DNA of 64,000 nt, taken from positions 744,001 to 808,000 of the forward strand of contig AP026167.1 in the NCBI GenBank assembly GCA_030295235.1, given 5' to 3'. This document shows, one piece after another, positions 12,842-23,566 of the stretch (position 1 is its first letter; every line of letters starts with the position of its first letter). The notes below the pieces were generated by a model that was not told where the DNA came from, ran no database searches, and worked only from the letters and a program-made list of their open reading frames with translations. The position numbers and the translations under genes are program-made. Source of the DNA: Fistulifera solaris (taxonomy: Eukaryota).

Positions 12842-14795
12842 TTACTTCAGCTTCTGCTGCTTTTTCCATCGCTTTATTTGCTTTGGGGTCATTCCCGATA
12901 AATCGACATCGCTCTCTGCGACTACATCGGAAGGAGACATGAGCTTAATCTGACTTCTTACGAGTCCAATGTCACGATCACCATCAAAAATTCAACATCA
13001 TACGTCCCTCCAGAGGCTCGTATGACTCGTGCTGGAAAGAACGCCCCACCGAGATCTGCTTCTACTTGTTGTCCCACTTTGACAGGCATCGTGAAAGCCC
13101 AATCATCAGGCAGGGTTGAAACAGCTCCAGAACCTCCAATAGTACTACCCGAAAGAGACCACTCTTTCAGCGCTTGCTTGCTTGCATTTACTTTGTCATA
13201 GTACCGTTTCACTCGAAAGAGACTCAAACGCTGCATGCGTTCCGGTGTCATGACTCTACGCGGAGAAGCGTTCAAATGCGCTGTCATGGCCTCTTCGGCG
13301 TCGCGAGTTCTGCCCTCCTCAATCGCCGCCAAGTACATATCGCGATGTATTTCGAACAGCTCTACTCCCTGTTGACGAACCCGTTCTATTGTTTCCTTCC
13401 ATATCGTAGGATCAACAGAATTAGCTGTGTTCTCGTCAACGGCCCTGCTTATGCGCTCTAGTTCAGCCGTCGCTTTTTCGAGGAGAGGAGAAGCTTTTTC
13501 GTCGTCATCGAGAAGACCCAGAGGTAGCTCTGCCAGCAAATCTTTCAGGATTGCTTGTGGAAGCTCGTTTACTTTTCCAACGTAAGGGTTTTCGCCATCT
13601 TTGGTTTGGCCCAGATACGTATCGATCACACCAGCTCGCCGCAATGCCAACCTCCGCGCTGAAAGGTAATCCAGCTCCCAAATATGATGATCGATACCGA
13701 ATGTCAAATGAACGCTTGTTTCTGTAACAGTTTCATCTAGCGTACTGGTTGTATGCGGAAAAGCAGCTGGCATGAACAATATGTCTCCTGGGTTTGTGAT
13801 AGTGTCAATGAGTAGCTCGGTATCCTTTTCCAAAGCATACAACGGCATCATGTCGTCAATCTTGCCACGGGCAAAGATATCGGCGTGCGGTTTTTTTGAA
13901 GGATCCGGAGGTGCGTACACTTTCCATCGCTTACGACCGGCTGTTTGCACAACAACGACATCCTTAAAATATCATAAAAAATGAGGCTCGGGAAAGCTAT
14001 TGTCCACATTGCCTCACTCCATATAAATCTTACCTGTTTGTCGGTATGCGGAGGTGCACTGACTGGCTTAGATTGAGCTGTCACATATAGGTTGATGGCG
14101 CACTGGAACAAGGGCACGAGATTGTGAGTTCTGCACCAATCTATGTAGTGCCGTAATCAACGTGACCCCTTACCGGAAGCGATGTAGCGTCTGTGCACGC
14201 CAGTGAAGGTCCAGCTAGCTTCGGGATGTGAGCCCCTGCTGCATTCATAATGACTGTCCCCTTATCCAAAGCTGCCTGTACATCTGCAAAAGTCATACGC
14301 GCTTCTTCAAACGAATCTCCTCTCGGATTACTCACGCCACTGATTTTCCATCCTTTATTCGCATCTGTTGAGCCTCGTGCTGCATCCAAAAAATCATCCA
14401 GAACAGCCTTTTCCAGATCATTCATTGTAAAGAATCCATCCCATTTTGTTGACATGATAGCTTCTATTTCATCTCGACGCAAGACAAACGGCGTTCCATG
14501 AAGGCCAAGTTTGCATTCGCTGCGAATAGCACTAAATAGAGCAAAGATACCTGCTTCTGGCGCAGAAAGACCGAAAGACTCAGCGTATTGTTCAGCTGCT
14601 TCTCGGAATTCCGCCATTTTATCAAGAACTTTCCGTGCATAAGGTGACGATGATGATGTTGTCAGCATTTCGCTAGAGGGGGTCGCAAACAATAATACTC
14701 CAGAGCTTTTCGCCGTCAGGAACGAGCGGCGAGTGACAGCGAACGCCTCACAGCGCTCGACGAAGAGTAAAAAGAGAAGAAAAAGCTTGAATCAT
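12842..14795 (-). CDS. JmjC/cupin 2OG-oxygenase (ribosomal-oxygenase-like) with C-terminal Tudor/Agenet-like domain; plastid presequence
   Basis: NLYVT..SAPPHTDKQ|DVVVVQTAGRKRWKVY..PGDILFMPAAFPH gives the HxD...H triad. The C-terminus VKVGQQVEADLGGAFFPARVIRASGGTYDVEFFDGD is Tudor-like. The N-terminus reads MIQAFLLFLLFVERCEA|FAVTRR after a 1-nt correction. Two introns. Confidence 0.8.
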
Positions 14796-15170
14796 GGTTC
14801 AAGAAGTTGTGACTGGAGTTTCAAACGCAAAACATTCATATCGATGATGAGCACTTGTAGTTCGATGATGGCGGTTGTCGGTTGTCGTTCCGTTTGTATT
14901 ATTTATTAATTTCCTCCTGTTCAAACGCTGCAAGTACAAAGTACTTTTGTAAGTAACCTTCTGCCTTCTGCACTCGTCGTCCGTCACTCGTACGCTTATC
15001 AAGCTTCCGGGTCTCTTTATGTCGATTCATTTCCCTACGAGGGTTACGCGGAAACTGCGTAGACCTTCAAAAAAAACTTGTACGTCATCCATGACACAGA
15101 AAAACGTCACGACGTTTATCCCACTTCACTTTTTATCTCACAAAAATCTTTTGTTTGTATATTCATCACC

Positions 15171-16247
15171 ATGATAAAGCAAACCGTTGCGTTCTTGCTC
15201 GTAGCAGCAAGTTGCACTCCTACAGCGGTCGCATACAATGTGCTTATTATCGGGGGCACTCGCTTTTCGGGAGCTGCGTTGTGGAAAGAATTGCACGATC
15301 GCGGTCACTCCGTCACCGTCTACAATCGCGGAACAACAATGCCCAAGGTTGTCGCTCCTCATCGAGAAACCGAAGATGAGCTGAGTGCCCGTATCTCTGC
15401 TGCTAAATTTCTAGCGGGTGATCGTGCCGATGCGGACGCTGTCTCATCTCTTGTGAATCCGTCCGACTACGATTATGTCTTCGACATGAATGCTCGCGAA
15501 CGATCCGATGTAGAACCCTGGGTCAATGTGTTCAAACAAAGCAGCGGCAACCGTTTGAAACAGTATGTGTTTATGAGTTCGGCCGGAGTGTACATGAAAA
15601 GCGACGAATTGCCTCATATGGAGAGAGATCCTACCGACCCGAAGAGTCGCCACAAAGGAAAACTCGACAGCGAGGATCTTTTGCAAAAGTCTGGATTGCC
15701 GTGGTGTTCTTTCCGTCCCACTTATATATGCGGGCCTGGAAACTACAATCCTGTTGAACGATACTTTTTCGAGCGCGTGGATTGCAATCGTCCGGTCTGT
15801 ATCCCGGGGCACGGTCAGCACTTGACTGGCTTGGGGCATGTCTACGATCTTGCCGTCGCCATGGCCAACGTCGTTGATCGCACCGACAAAACGACGGGAA
15901 AAGTGTACAATGTTCAAAACATCCAAGCAATCACGTTTGATGGTGTTGCCAAGGCAGCCGCGAAGGTGTCTGGGAAGGGTTCTGTCGAGATTATTCATTA
16001 TGAACCCAAGGAAATTGATTTTGGTGACAAGAAAGCTTTCCCGATGCGCCCTCAACACTTCTTCACGAGCCCGCTGGAGGCCATGAAGGATCTCGACTGG
16101 ACACCCAAGTACGATACAGTGGAGTCAATTATGCGAGACGCGTACGATAATGATTTTCTCCACGTAAAAGCTGCTGGAAAACTCAAGGGCGACTTTAGCT
16201 GTGATGACTTAGTCCTACAACACGCAGGAAAAGCAGTCGTTGCTTAA
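15171..16247 (+). CDS. CSP41b: Chloroplast stem-loop RNA-binding protein CSP41b-like (atypical SDR/epimerase fold)
   Basis: VLIIGGTRFSG, YVFMSSAGVYMKSD, DPKSRHKGK, RPTYICGPGNYNPVE, LTGLGHVYDLA and DFGDKKAFPMRPQHFF match CSP41b/CRB. N-terminal signal peptide. Confidence 0.85.
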   Translation: MIKQTVAFLLVAASCTPTAVAYNVLIIGGTRFSGAALWKELHDRGHSVTVYNRGTTMPKVVAPHRETEDELSARISAAKFLAGDRADADAVSSLVNPSDYDYVFDMNARERSDVEPWVNVFKQSSGNRLKQYVFMSSAGVYMKSDELPHMERDPTDPKSRHKGKLDSEDLLQKSGLPWCSFRPTYICGPGNYNPVERYFFERVDCNRPVCIPGHGQHLTGLGHVYDLAVAMANVVDRTDKTTGKVYNVQNIQAITFDGVAKAAAKVSGKGSVEIIHYEPKEIDFGDKKAFPMRPQHFFTSPLEAMKDLDWTPKYDTVESIMRDAYDNDFLHVKAAGKLKGDFSCDDLVLQHAGKAVVA

Positions 16248-17587
16248 GTTTCAAGCGACTGCTTGATTCTTAGTATACAAGGTCCATTTATCGAGTAGAG
16301 AGCTCGACGTCTTGAAATTTCAAGTTAGCTGATTCATGGTTAGACGTACTCTAGAAATTCTGCCACTTAAAATGGTTTGGAGTGGTTTCCGACAGCCTAT
16401 ACATAGATGCTTTTAGTTTCTGTGCATGTCTTACGAACAGCAAGAGCAGCAAACAATTCTTCTTCCATTCGATGAAACACTTGTTGGCTGCGTCTAACTG
16501 CCGTAACTTACACCAGACAGCGCATCGGAATAAGGAAGAGCTATTGAAACGACAGTCACGTAGGGTGACCTTTACTGCACACACAAGAGGCTCATACAAT
16601 TTCTTCCTTTTATCCTTCGATTTTATTTTTGTTACGATTGTTGAAGCTCACATTTACAGCGCCAAAATTTGCAACAATTCATTCATCCAAAAAGACGGGT
16701 CAGCTTGGGATTCTTCAGCGAAAAAAATGGATAGATATTTCTTGCACAACAGTAGCATCAACAGTTTGAAGAAATGCAGCAACGACATTGCACGGCGCAA
16801 AGAAAAGGAATCGCGGAACTCGCCCCATTTTTTATTTGCTGCCAGCATCGTGTAAATTGACCATCATAGTAAGACACGTATCACCTCTCTGCCAGCCGCC
16901 CTATTGCTGCTTAATCCAAGTGAGCATTCCTTATCCGCGAGTTTGATCAAAATTGAGGCAGTAATTCATTCACATTAAATCAGCCCGGATCATCATAAAC
17001 AAAACGCAAATAAGTTTTCGTCCTCAAACAAACACCTTCAGTTATTTGGAGTGCAGTGCCCTGGGAGGCATTGTCGTGTCAATATTCGCAACCCCAGGTT
17101 TGGAACGTGAAACGAAAAGGAAAAATCCAGATTACAATGCGAAACAAAAACCAAGAGTTTCTCACTTATAAGCCCCTGGAAACAAGTACCCCTACACTTC
17201 AATCCATAATCAATGGGCTTAACGTGTCATGCACCGAACATATACTTAGTACATTTCAATGGAGCCTTTTTCCCCGCTCCCACATTCAAAGCTGCGGAAG
17301 GGCCTAAGTATTCCTCAAGAACGGTTACGACTATTGACTCAAATGTAGTACGTCAAGATCGTTTGATCGTAATTTTTCGTTGTGTCGATGACTGGACGTG
17401 AAAAAATGCCGCGTTCCAAAAAGGCCCCGCACCCGCACGCCATTCGCAACCCAGTGAAAGCAAAAAACAACGCAACAAAGTGCGAATACTTCCTGTAATC
17501 AACTTTCAATTCAAGGGGACTCGGTGTGTATCGAATTGCATCCTCTTTTCATTCATTCAATTCATTCATAGTAGTCAATCAATCGCC

Positions 17588-19356
17588 ATGAGCGGGAAGA
17601 AGCGGGGCGCGAAGGTAGCACCCGGGGACGAGCTCAATGAGGATGCACAGGACATCATTAAGCAGAACCTCGAAGTTATGTACGATATTGTCATGAAAAT
17701 AAGAGAGGATGAAGAATTTGCTAAATCAATTTACGCCGACTGCCCGAGATTACAGCATATGCTCGAGAAACGACCCGATTTACGGCCCATCTTTGAGGAT
17801 CAACGATTAGTCGCAATCAACTTTGAGCAAGTCTATCGAGACGCGGGAGGTGTTTTACCGGAAGATGAAGAAGAGGAAGAGCTAAAGAAGAAGAAAACAA
17901 ATTACATAGCAGTGATCGTCAACAGTCCGTGCTTCAAGATTCTCAAGATCCTTCTCTTGTTCAAGAAGATCTTCGCGTGCATCTTCGGAGGAGGACTGGC
18001 TATAATGCTCAGTTTATGGAAATGCCTTTGTTGCTGTTGTGATGATCCTACAGACATGGTGGAGGATCCCGAAGACGAGATCGACGATGAGGACGCGAAC
18101 GCAGCCAACAAAGAAGCGCTGTACAGAGCGGCCGATCATATGGAAGACCCGGAAGTGCAAAAGCAAATGACTGACTTACTGGAGAATGATCCGGATGGGC
18201 TTGCGGATGCCATTGAGGATGATCCAGAGTTACGCGAACTTAGAGACACCAATCCATTGTGCGCAGAACTCATGACTGACCCAGAAACAATGCGGATACT
18301 GACGGAACCCGATAATCTTCGAGCTCTTGGCGACGCTCCTGCTTTGATTGAAGCGGACTTTAATGATCCCGACTGGACACCACCCGTAGAAGATGTGGAA
18401 GCCGGCACCAGCTGTGGCGGTGCGGATCTTGAGGCAGCTGGAAGTAACGGTTACGAAGGCAATGATAGCTTTCAAGGTGCAGAATACGCTTCGGAAGACG
18501 GGGTGGAAGTTGCAATCGAAAACGATGTTGGAGACATCGAAGAAGAGGGTTCCCTCAATTTGGAGGAAGAAGAAGAGCCAGTTGACGAGGAAGCAGCAGA
18601 AGAGGAGGAAGAAGAAATGGAATTTGAACTTGGTGAAGCGGAGAACCAAGACAACAATTGCAATGCGAATGCCCAGAACAAGCAGAATAAGCAAAGGCAG
18701 CGAGATCAACCAGTACAAGGCGGTTTCTTCGCCCAAGTTGGAGCTGGCATCACTGATATGATGGCAGCACAGCTGGTTGGTGTTGGAATCAGTGAGCTTA
18801 CTGGGCAAGACGATCCATTTGCAGGCCTCGAACAAGCCGAAGGCGCAGCTGATTGTGGGGAAGGCGTGGCTGAGAATGCGAATCAAGCGGCGGATTTGGC
18901 TGCGGCATCAGAGACACTTCTTGGCGAGGATATGGCAGCCAATATGGAAGCCGGAATCGACGAATTAGAAAGCGCGAATGACGCCGCAGGTGGTCAGGGA
19001 ACGGCTGCAGCGGCAGGGCTGGCGCCGCAGCTGGTGGTGTGGCCGCTGCTGGCGTTGCAGTATCTAGAGGGGCCGGGGACGACGAAGACGGCGAGGGGAG
19101 AGAAAAGAAGAATCGTTTTGGCGTGGTCGGTAACTGGGCCTCGGCAATTTCATCTGCCGGCAAGGAATATTTTGCCACAGCCTTGCTCGGTGATGACCTG
19201 GGAGCTTTAGTCGTCGAAAAGATCGAAGAGAAGGATAGTAACGACAACGACAAAAGTTTCAAGCTAGATGAAGAGACAGCAGGAATGGATCCTCTTGAAG
19301 AAGGACACACGTCCTCAAGACGGAGCCTCTTCTCATCCAAACGAAGTCTGCAATAG
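17588..19356 (+). CDS. Acidic protein with two STI1/HOP-like (DP/NP) helical repeat regions flanking a hydrophobic segment and a CLCCCC cluster
   Basis: YADCPRLQHMLEKRPDLRPIFED and DPEVQKQMTDLLENDP..DDPELRELRDTNPLCAELMTDPETMRIL resemble STI1 repeats. A frameshift at ~19020 joins the ORF to 19039-19356. Confidence 0.6.
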
Positions 19357-19709
19357 TCCATCAAGTAGTTGAAACGAATGTTCTTTAGAGTTGTAAATAT
19401 AGACCCGTATTGCCAATTTGAAAAGTTCCCTTGGTGATTAACATCTCATAAAAATTATCAAATCGAAAGGACGTTGATGGAACGTCTTTTGGTACGCGCT
19501 CTATGCCTTAGTTTCTTCCCAGTGCGTGTCGTACGGGTACTGTTGCCGTGGGAGGTTTATGTTCGCCTTTTTCGAAAAGAGGACGATGCGCGATGGCGAC
19601 GATGATTTTTTTGTTCGATCACTTATTTTCTCCAAAAGACCTATCCTTATTTCCCATCAATGACGCATACGACTCTTCCTATTATTCATTGTTTTGCCGC
19701 ACCCACCAA

Positions 19710-20639
19710 ATGACAATCATTTCAACAAAACCAAACTTTTCCATTCATTCATCTTTATCTACTCTCGTCGACCAGTACGAAGGTTTTATTATAGATCAGT
19801 TCGGCGTCTTACACGATGGAACGAAAGGATTAGTCGGAGCCGCCGATGCGGTCCGCTCCCTCAAAGCCCGCGGAAAGAAACTAATCATTCTGTCGAACTC
19901 TTCCAAATTAACCGATTTTACTCTGCAAAAACTCCCCCAGTTCGGTCTGGAACCCAGTGATTTCGTCCACGCCGTGACGAGTGGACAAGAAGCCTGCGCG
20001 TATGTGAGGCAACACCATTTTCAACAACCCGCGCTCTTTTTGACGTGGTCTTCCCAAAGCGACGCGGACGTGTTCTTACAGGCTTGCGGGATCCCTGTTG
20101 TCACGCGAGTAGAAGATGCCAAGTTTATTCTGTTGCATGGAGCCAGGCGTCTCTATGGGACGGATCTGGATTTGGAGCAATGTTATATGACGGGAGATTT
20201 AACCGTGGTGGAGCCATTGTTGAAAAAATGTGTCGAACATCAGCTACCGATGATCTGTGCGAATCCGGATTTTGTCATGGTTCGGACCGACGGAAGACTT
20301 GTCTACATGCCAGGGACGATTGCACAGCGCTACGAAGAATTGGGTGGGAAGGTTACGAGTTTCGGTAAACCGAACAAAGAACACTTTCAAGCGTGTTTGA
20401 GGGAACTCGAACTCCCAGCGGAGAAAGTTGTTCATGTTGGAGATTCATTGCATCACGATATTATGGGCGCCAATGCCGCTGGCCTGGATAGTATTTTTGT
20501 TGCCGGAGGAGTGCACCGTCATGAATTGGACAATCTTCCCGGCGAAGTGCCGTCGCGTGAGTCATGCCTTGAATTGTTTGAACGGCATGGTCAGTTTCCG
20601 ACGCACGTGGTGCCTTTGTTCCGAACGAACGACAGTTGA
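19710..20639 (+). CDS. HAD-superfamily hydrolase, subfamily IIA
   Basis: Motifs IIDQFGVLHDG, ILSNSS, ANPD, FGKP and VGDSLHHDIMGA. Confidence 0.9.
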   Translation: MTIISTKPNFSIHSSLSTLVDQYEGFIIDQFGVLHDGTKGLVGAADAVRSLKARGKKLIILSNSSKLTDFTLQKLPQFGLEPSDFVHAVTSGQEACAYVRQHHFQQPALFLTWSSQSDADVFLQACGIPVVTRVEDAKFILLHGARRLYGTDLDLEQCYMTGDLTVVEPLLKKCVEHQLPMICANPDFVMVRTDGRLVYMPGTIAQRYEELGGKVTSFGKPNKEHFQACLRELELPAEKVVHVGDSLHHDIMGANAAGLDSIFVAGGVHRHELDNLPGEVPSRESCLELFERHGQFPTHVVPLFRTNDS

Positions 20640-20837
20640 TTACGTTGGATGAACTCGTAACGAACTCGACTTCTGTCGCTATTCTACTACGATTTGCTGA
20701 AGCTAGCCTATATCATGAAACGCTAAGTATCGCTAATTAAGATAATTTGGAATTTACTGATGGAAATCAGCAAGCTTTCTAAACATTGTTGAAGGGAATC
20801 TGTATTGTAATTAGAACAGAGATAGCTTACCGGTACC

Positions 20838-21560
20838 TACCACGTAATAATTATCGTTTCAACCTTAACCTTAGACTTACATGTTTCATATATTGTACGG
20901 AGTACGGAGTATCATCTACTCCGTTTTTTCGTTATGAACTATAACCTTATACGGGATTTATTTTATCACGTTGGCTACCAACAAATAAAAAACTATCACA
21001 ATAGAATGAATGTACGGCATTTACTAGAGTATCTTAAAGAAATGACCGCAGTAGCGGCCGCTGTCTCTCTCATCAGCCACCAGCGTTCCTTTTGGTTCCG
21101 CGCCCGCGATTTCCCTGTCCGGGACTTGAACCACCCTTGACTGAATTTCCCTTTTTCTGCAACATTTTTCAAACCGACCTTAACCTTAGCCTTAAATTTT
21201 TCATTATTTTTTTGTGCAGAGTACCAGTACGCAGTTCTCCGTATTTTTCGTTTTGAGCTATAACCTTATACGGAATTACAATACCACGTTTTGTTTCGTT
21301 TCGACGTTAACCTTAGCCTTCAATTAATTTTTTCGTTTTGAAGTGGAGTATAACCTTTATACGTAAGTTCCTTTACCACGTTATTTTCGTTTCAACCTTA
21401 ACCTTAGCCTTAAATTGTATTTTTTCGGTTTGAACTATAACCTTATACGGGATTAGTTTTACCACGTTATTTTCGTTTCGACCTTAACCTTAGCCTTACA
21501 TGTTTCATTTATTCTACGGAGTAGAGTACCTGGTATCATTGATTTTTTTCGCTTTGAACC
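20838..21560. repeat. AT-rich minisatellite, about five units (core period 86-92 bp) with telomere-like CCTTAA/CCTTAG hexamers, interrupted by a ~200-bp unique insert
   Basis: Unit: ACCACGTTATTTTCGTTTCRACCTTAACCTTAGCCTTA...TTTTTCGTTTTGAACTATAACCTTATACGGGATT. ACCACG anchors lie at 20839, 21283, 21375 and 21461, with a partial unit from 21175. Confidence 0.9.
20985..21195 (-). ncRNA. Candidate Pol III transcript or SINE-like element (unassigned)
   Basis: Minus strand carries a B-box GGTTCAAGTCC (21132-21122), an A-box/D-arm-like AGGCTAAGGTTAAGG ~50-60 nt upstream, GC-rich hairpins (CCGC-TACT-GCGG) and a T6 run at ~20987-20992. It does not fold as a canonical tRNA. Confidence 0.25.
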
Positions 21561-21689
21561 GAAAAAAAGACATGAAGCGGTGGGCGTGCCATTTCGATTG
21601 ATTCTTGATGCGGTTACTTGTGTCAGCTTTCATCTCATAAATTCATTCTATCTTTCTTGCTTTTAAGCACTAATTCAAGGTAAGGAGTA

Positions 21690-22334
21690 ATGATCGCGAC
21701 TGCTGCTCAAAGTGAATACGAAATTGCCCGTGCACAAAACATTGAACGCAACAATGCTCGATTGCGTGCACTAGGCTTGATTACGGAAGATGAAGAACGT
21801 CAGTCCAACGCTGCTGGGTGGGGAAAACAATCGAAGCCTCTTGAGCAAGTAAATCACTCGCAATCGGCTTCTACTTCTAATGAAAAGCAAACGAAGAAGC
21901 GCCCATCTCCATCTGCGGTGCCGGAAAGTCGCAAATCACGCCGCTTGTTGGGATTGCCAACGGAGCAACTAACATCCAACGCAACAAACGCAGAATTGCA
22001 AAATCTTCCAGTAATTCCACTAGAACAGCGTCACCAGGCACGGCAAGAAGCTGCTTTACGATATTATCACTCTTCCGACGACGCGGCCCAGAAAGCTGCG
22101 GCCGAAAATCCGACCGCGACTTACGAACATTGCTGGATGCGCATTCAAAGCATGACACATGCCGGTCTCGCGAAGCGCATCAAAGTTATGGAACGTGCCG
22201 CTGGAAAACACTGCGTCGTCAAAATGGCCATCTTTGCCAAGTGTCTTCAGGACGAAGGTTTATCAGAATTGGCCGCTGACGCGAAGGAAGCACTGGAACG
22301 ACTCAAAGCGTTACAACCTCCTCCGGAGTCATAA
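21690..22334 (+). CDS. Uncharacterised nuclear-type protein with N-terminal SEYE..R..NI.RNN..L..LGL helix
   Basis: Intact 214-aa ORF. The N-terminal helix resembles those of WDR76/Cmr1 and CDCA7-like proteins. Basic RKSRRL motif. Confidence 0.65.
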   Translation: MIATAAQSEYEIARAQNIERNNARLRALGLITEDEERQSNAAGWGKQSKPLEQVNHSQSASTSNEKQTKKRPSPSAVPESRKSRRLLGLPTEQLTSNATNAELQNLPVIPLEQRHQARQEAALRYYHSSDDAAQKAAAENPTATYEHCWMRIQSMTHAGLAKRIKVMERAAGKHCVVKMAIFAKCLQDEGLSELAADAKEALERLKALQPPPES

Positions 22335-22425
22335 AAAACGCCGCACTTTAAACGATAATAAGACTGTATTACTTAAGCTTGTATTATTTGCTTTACGTGA
22401 TCTTAGACGACACACGCCGTCATGA

Positions 22426-23566
22426 TCACAACAAACCGGCCGTTTCGTCAAATCCCAAGGCGATGTTCAAATTCTGCACAGCCGCACCACTGGCACCTTT
22501 GCCCAAGTTGTCGAGACGTGCCACCAATAAGGCTTGCTGTTCTTCGTCATTCGCAAAAACGAAAATTTGCAATTTATTGGTATTCGCCAAAGTATCCGCT
22601 GCCAGAAAGGCTCCTCGCTCGAGGAGACCACTTTCCTTGACCGCACTTTCACCCAATGGCATGACCTCCACAAACTGCGATCCTTCGTAATGCTTTTGAT
22701 AAGCCTCGTGTATCTTGGCACCCGTGACACCGGGAACCATCCACGCGTAATGCAACGGAACGGAGACGACCATCCCTTGCGCAAAGGTGCCCACGGCGGG
22801 CTGAAAAATGGGCTTGGTGCCCAAACCCGAATACACACTCATTTCCGGAACATGCTTATGTTTCAACGATAAGCCGTACGTTCCCCAGGGTTCATGCTTT
22901 TCGTTTTCGAAAATCTCCATGAGCTGTTTCCCACCGCCACTGTATCCGGAAATAGCATTGACCGTCAATGGAGTGCCCTTGGGCAAGAGTCCGGCATCGA
23001 CCAATGGACGCGTCAATCCGATGAAGCCGGTAGGGTAGCATCCCGGGTTGGCGATGCGTTTCGACGATTCCAATTTCGATCGCTGTTCTTTCGACATTTC
23101 GGGAAAGCCATAAACCCAATCGTCGTTGACGCGAAAGGCAGTGCTGGCGTCAATAAGGACGGTACGGTCGTTGTCGGGTTCGACCCACGAAGCAGCTTCG
23201 ATCGAGGCAGCATCGGGGAGGCCTACAGTGTCCAAGAGGTAAGTAAGACTGGCAACCACTACATAGATTTAACAGAGACGCACTTTTCCGTTTTAAACTT
23301 ACAGAGAATGACAGCATCGGCTTCATTAATGAGTTTCTTCCGTGTCGCTTCATCTTTTCGAAGGGCATCGGGTATACTTGGAATCTCCAAATCCTCACGA
23401 GCGCTCAACCGATCTCGCACTTGTAACCCAGTCGTTCCAGCTTCTCCATCAATAAACACTTTCTTTTCGCCAACAAGAACGAATGTTCTCGGCGAACCGA
23501 TTTCGACACAAAGGCATGGCTCGTGGCTGCCAAGAAAGTACACGTAGTCAGGGAGATTAACTTCAT
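22426..23566 (-). CDS. argC: N-acetyl-gamma-glutamyl-phosphate reductase (type 2, 'uncommon' form), plastid-targeted
   Basis: [44 protein letters not shown] and [17 protein letters not shown]. Presequence [21 protein letters not shown]. Intron 23302-23223; indel at ~23465. Confidence 0.93.

Noticed and set aside
16351..17401. Short ORFs between CSP41b and the STI1-like gene
   Set aside because: No motifs, mostly non-ATG starts and overlapping frames on both strands; treated as intergenic.
21060..21115. Hammerhead ribozyme (CTGATGAG on the minus strand with an upstream GAAA)
   Set aside because: Stem II cannot close (no C before GAAA) and there is no UH cleavage site after the candidate stem III.
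21110..21195. Functional tRNA gene
   Set aside because: B-box and D-arm-like sequences are present, but no acceptor or anticodon stems can be paired.
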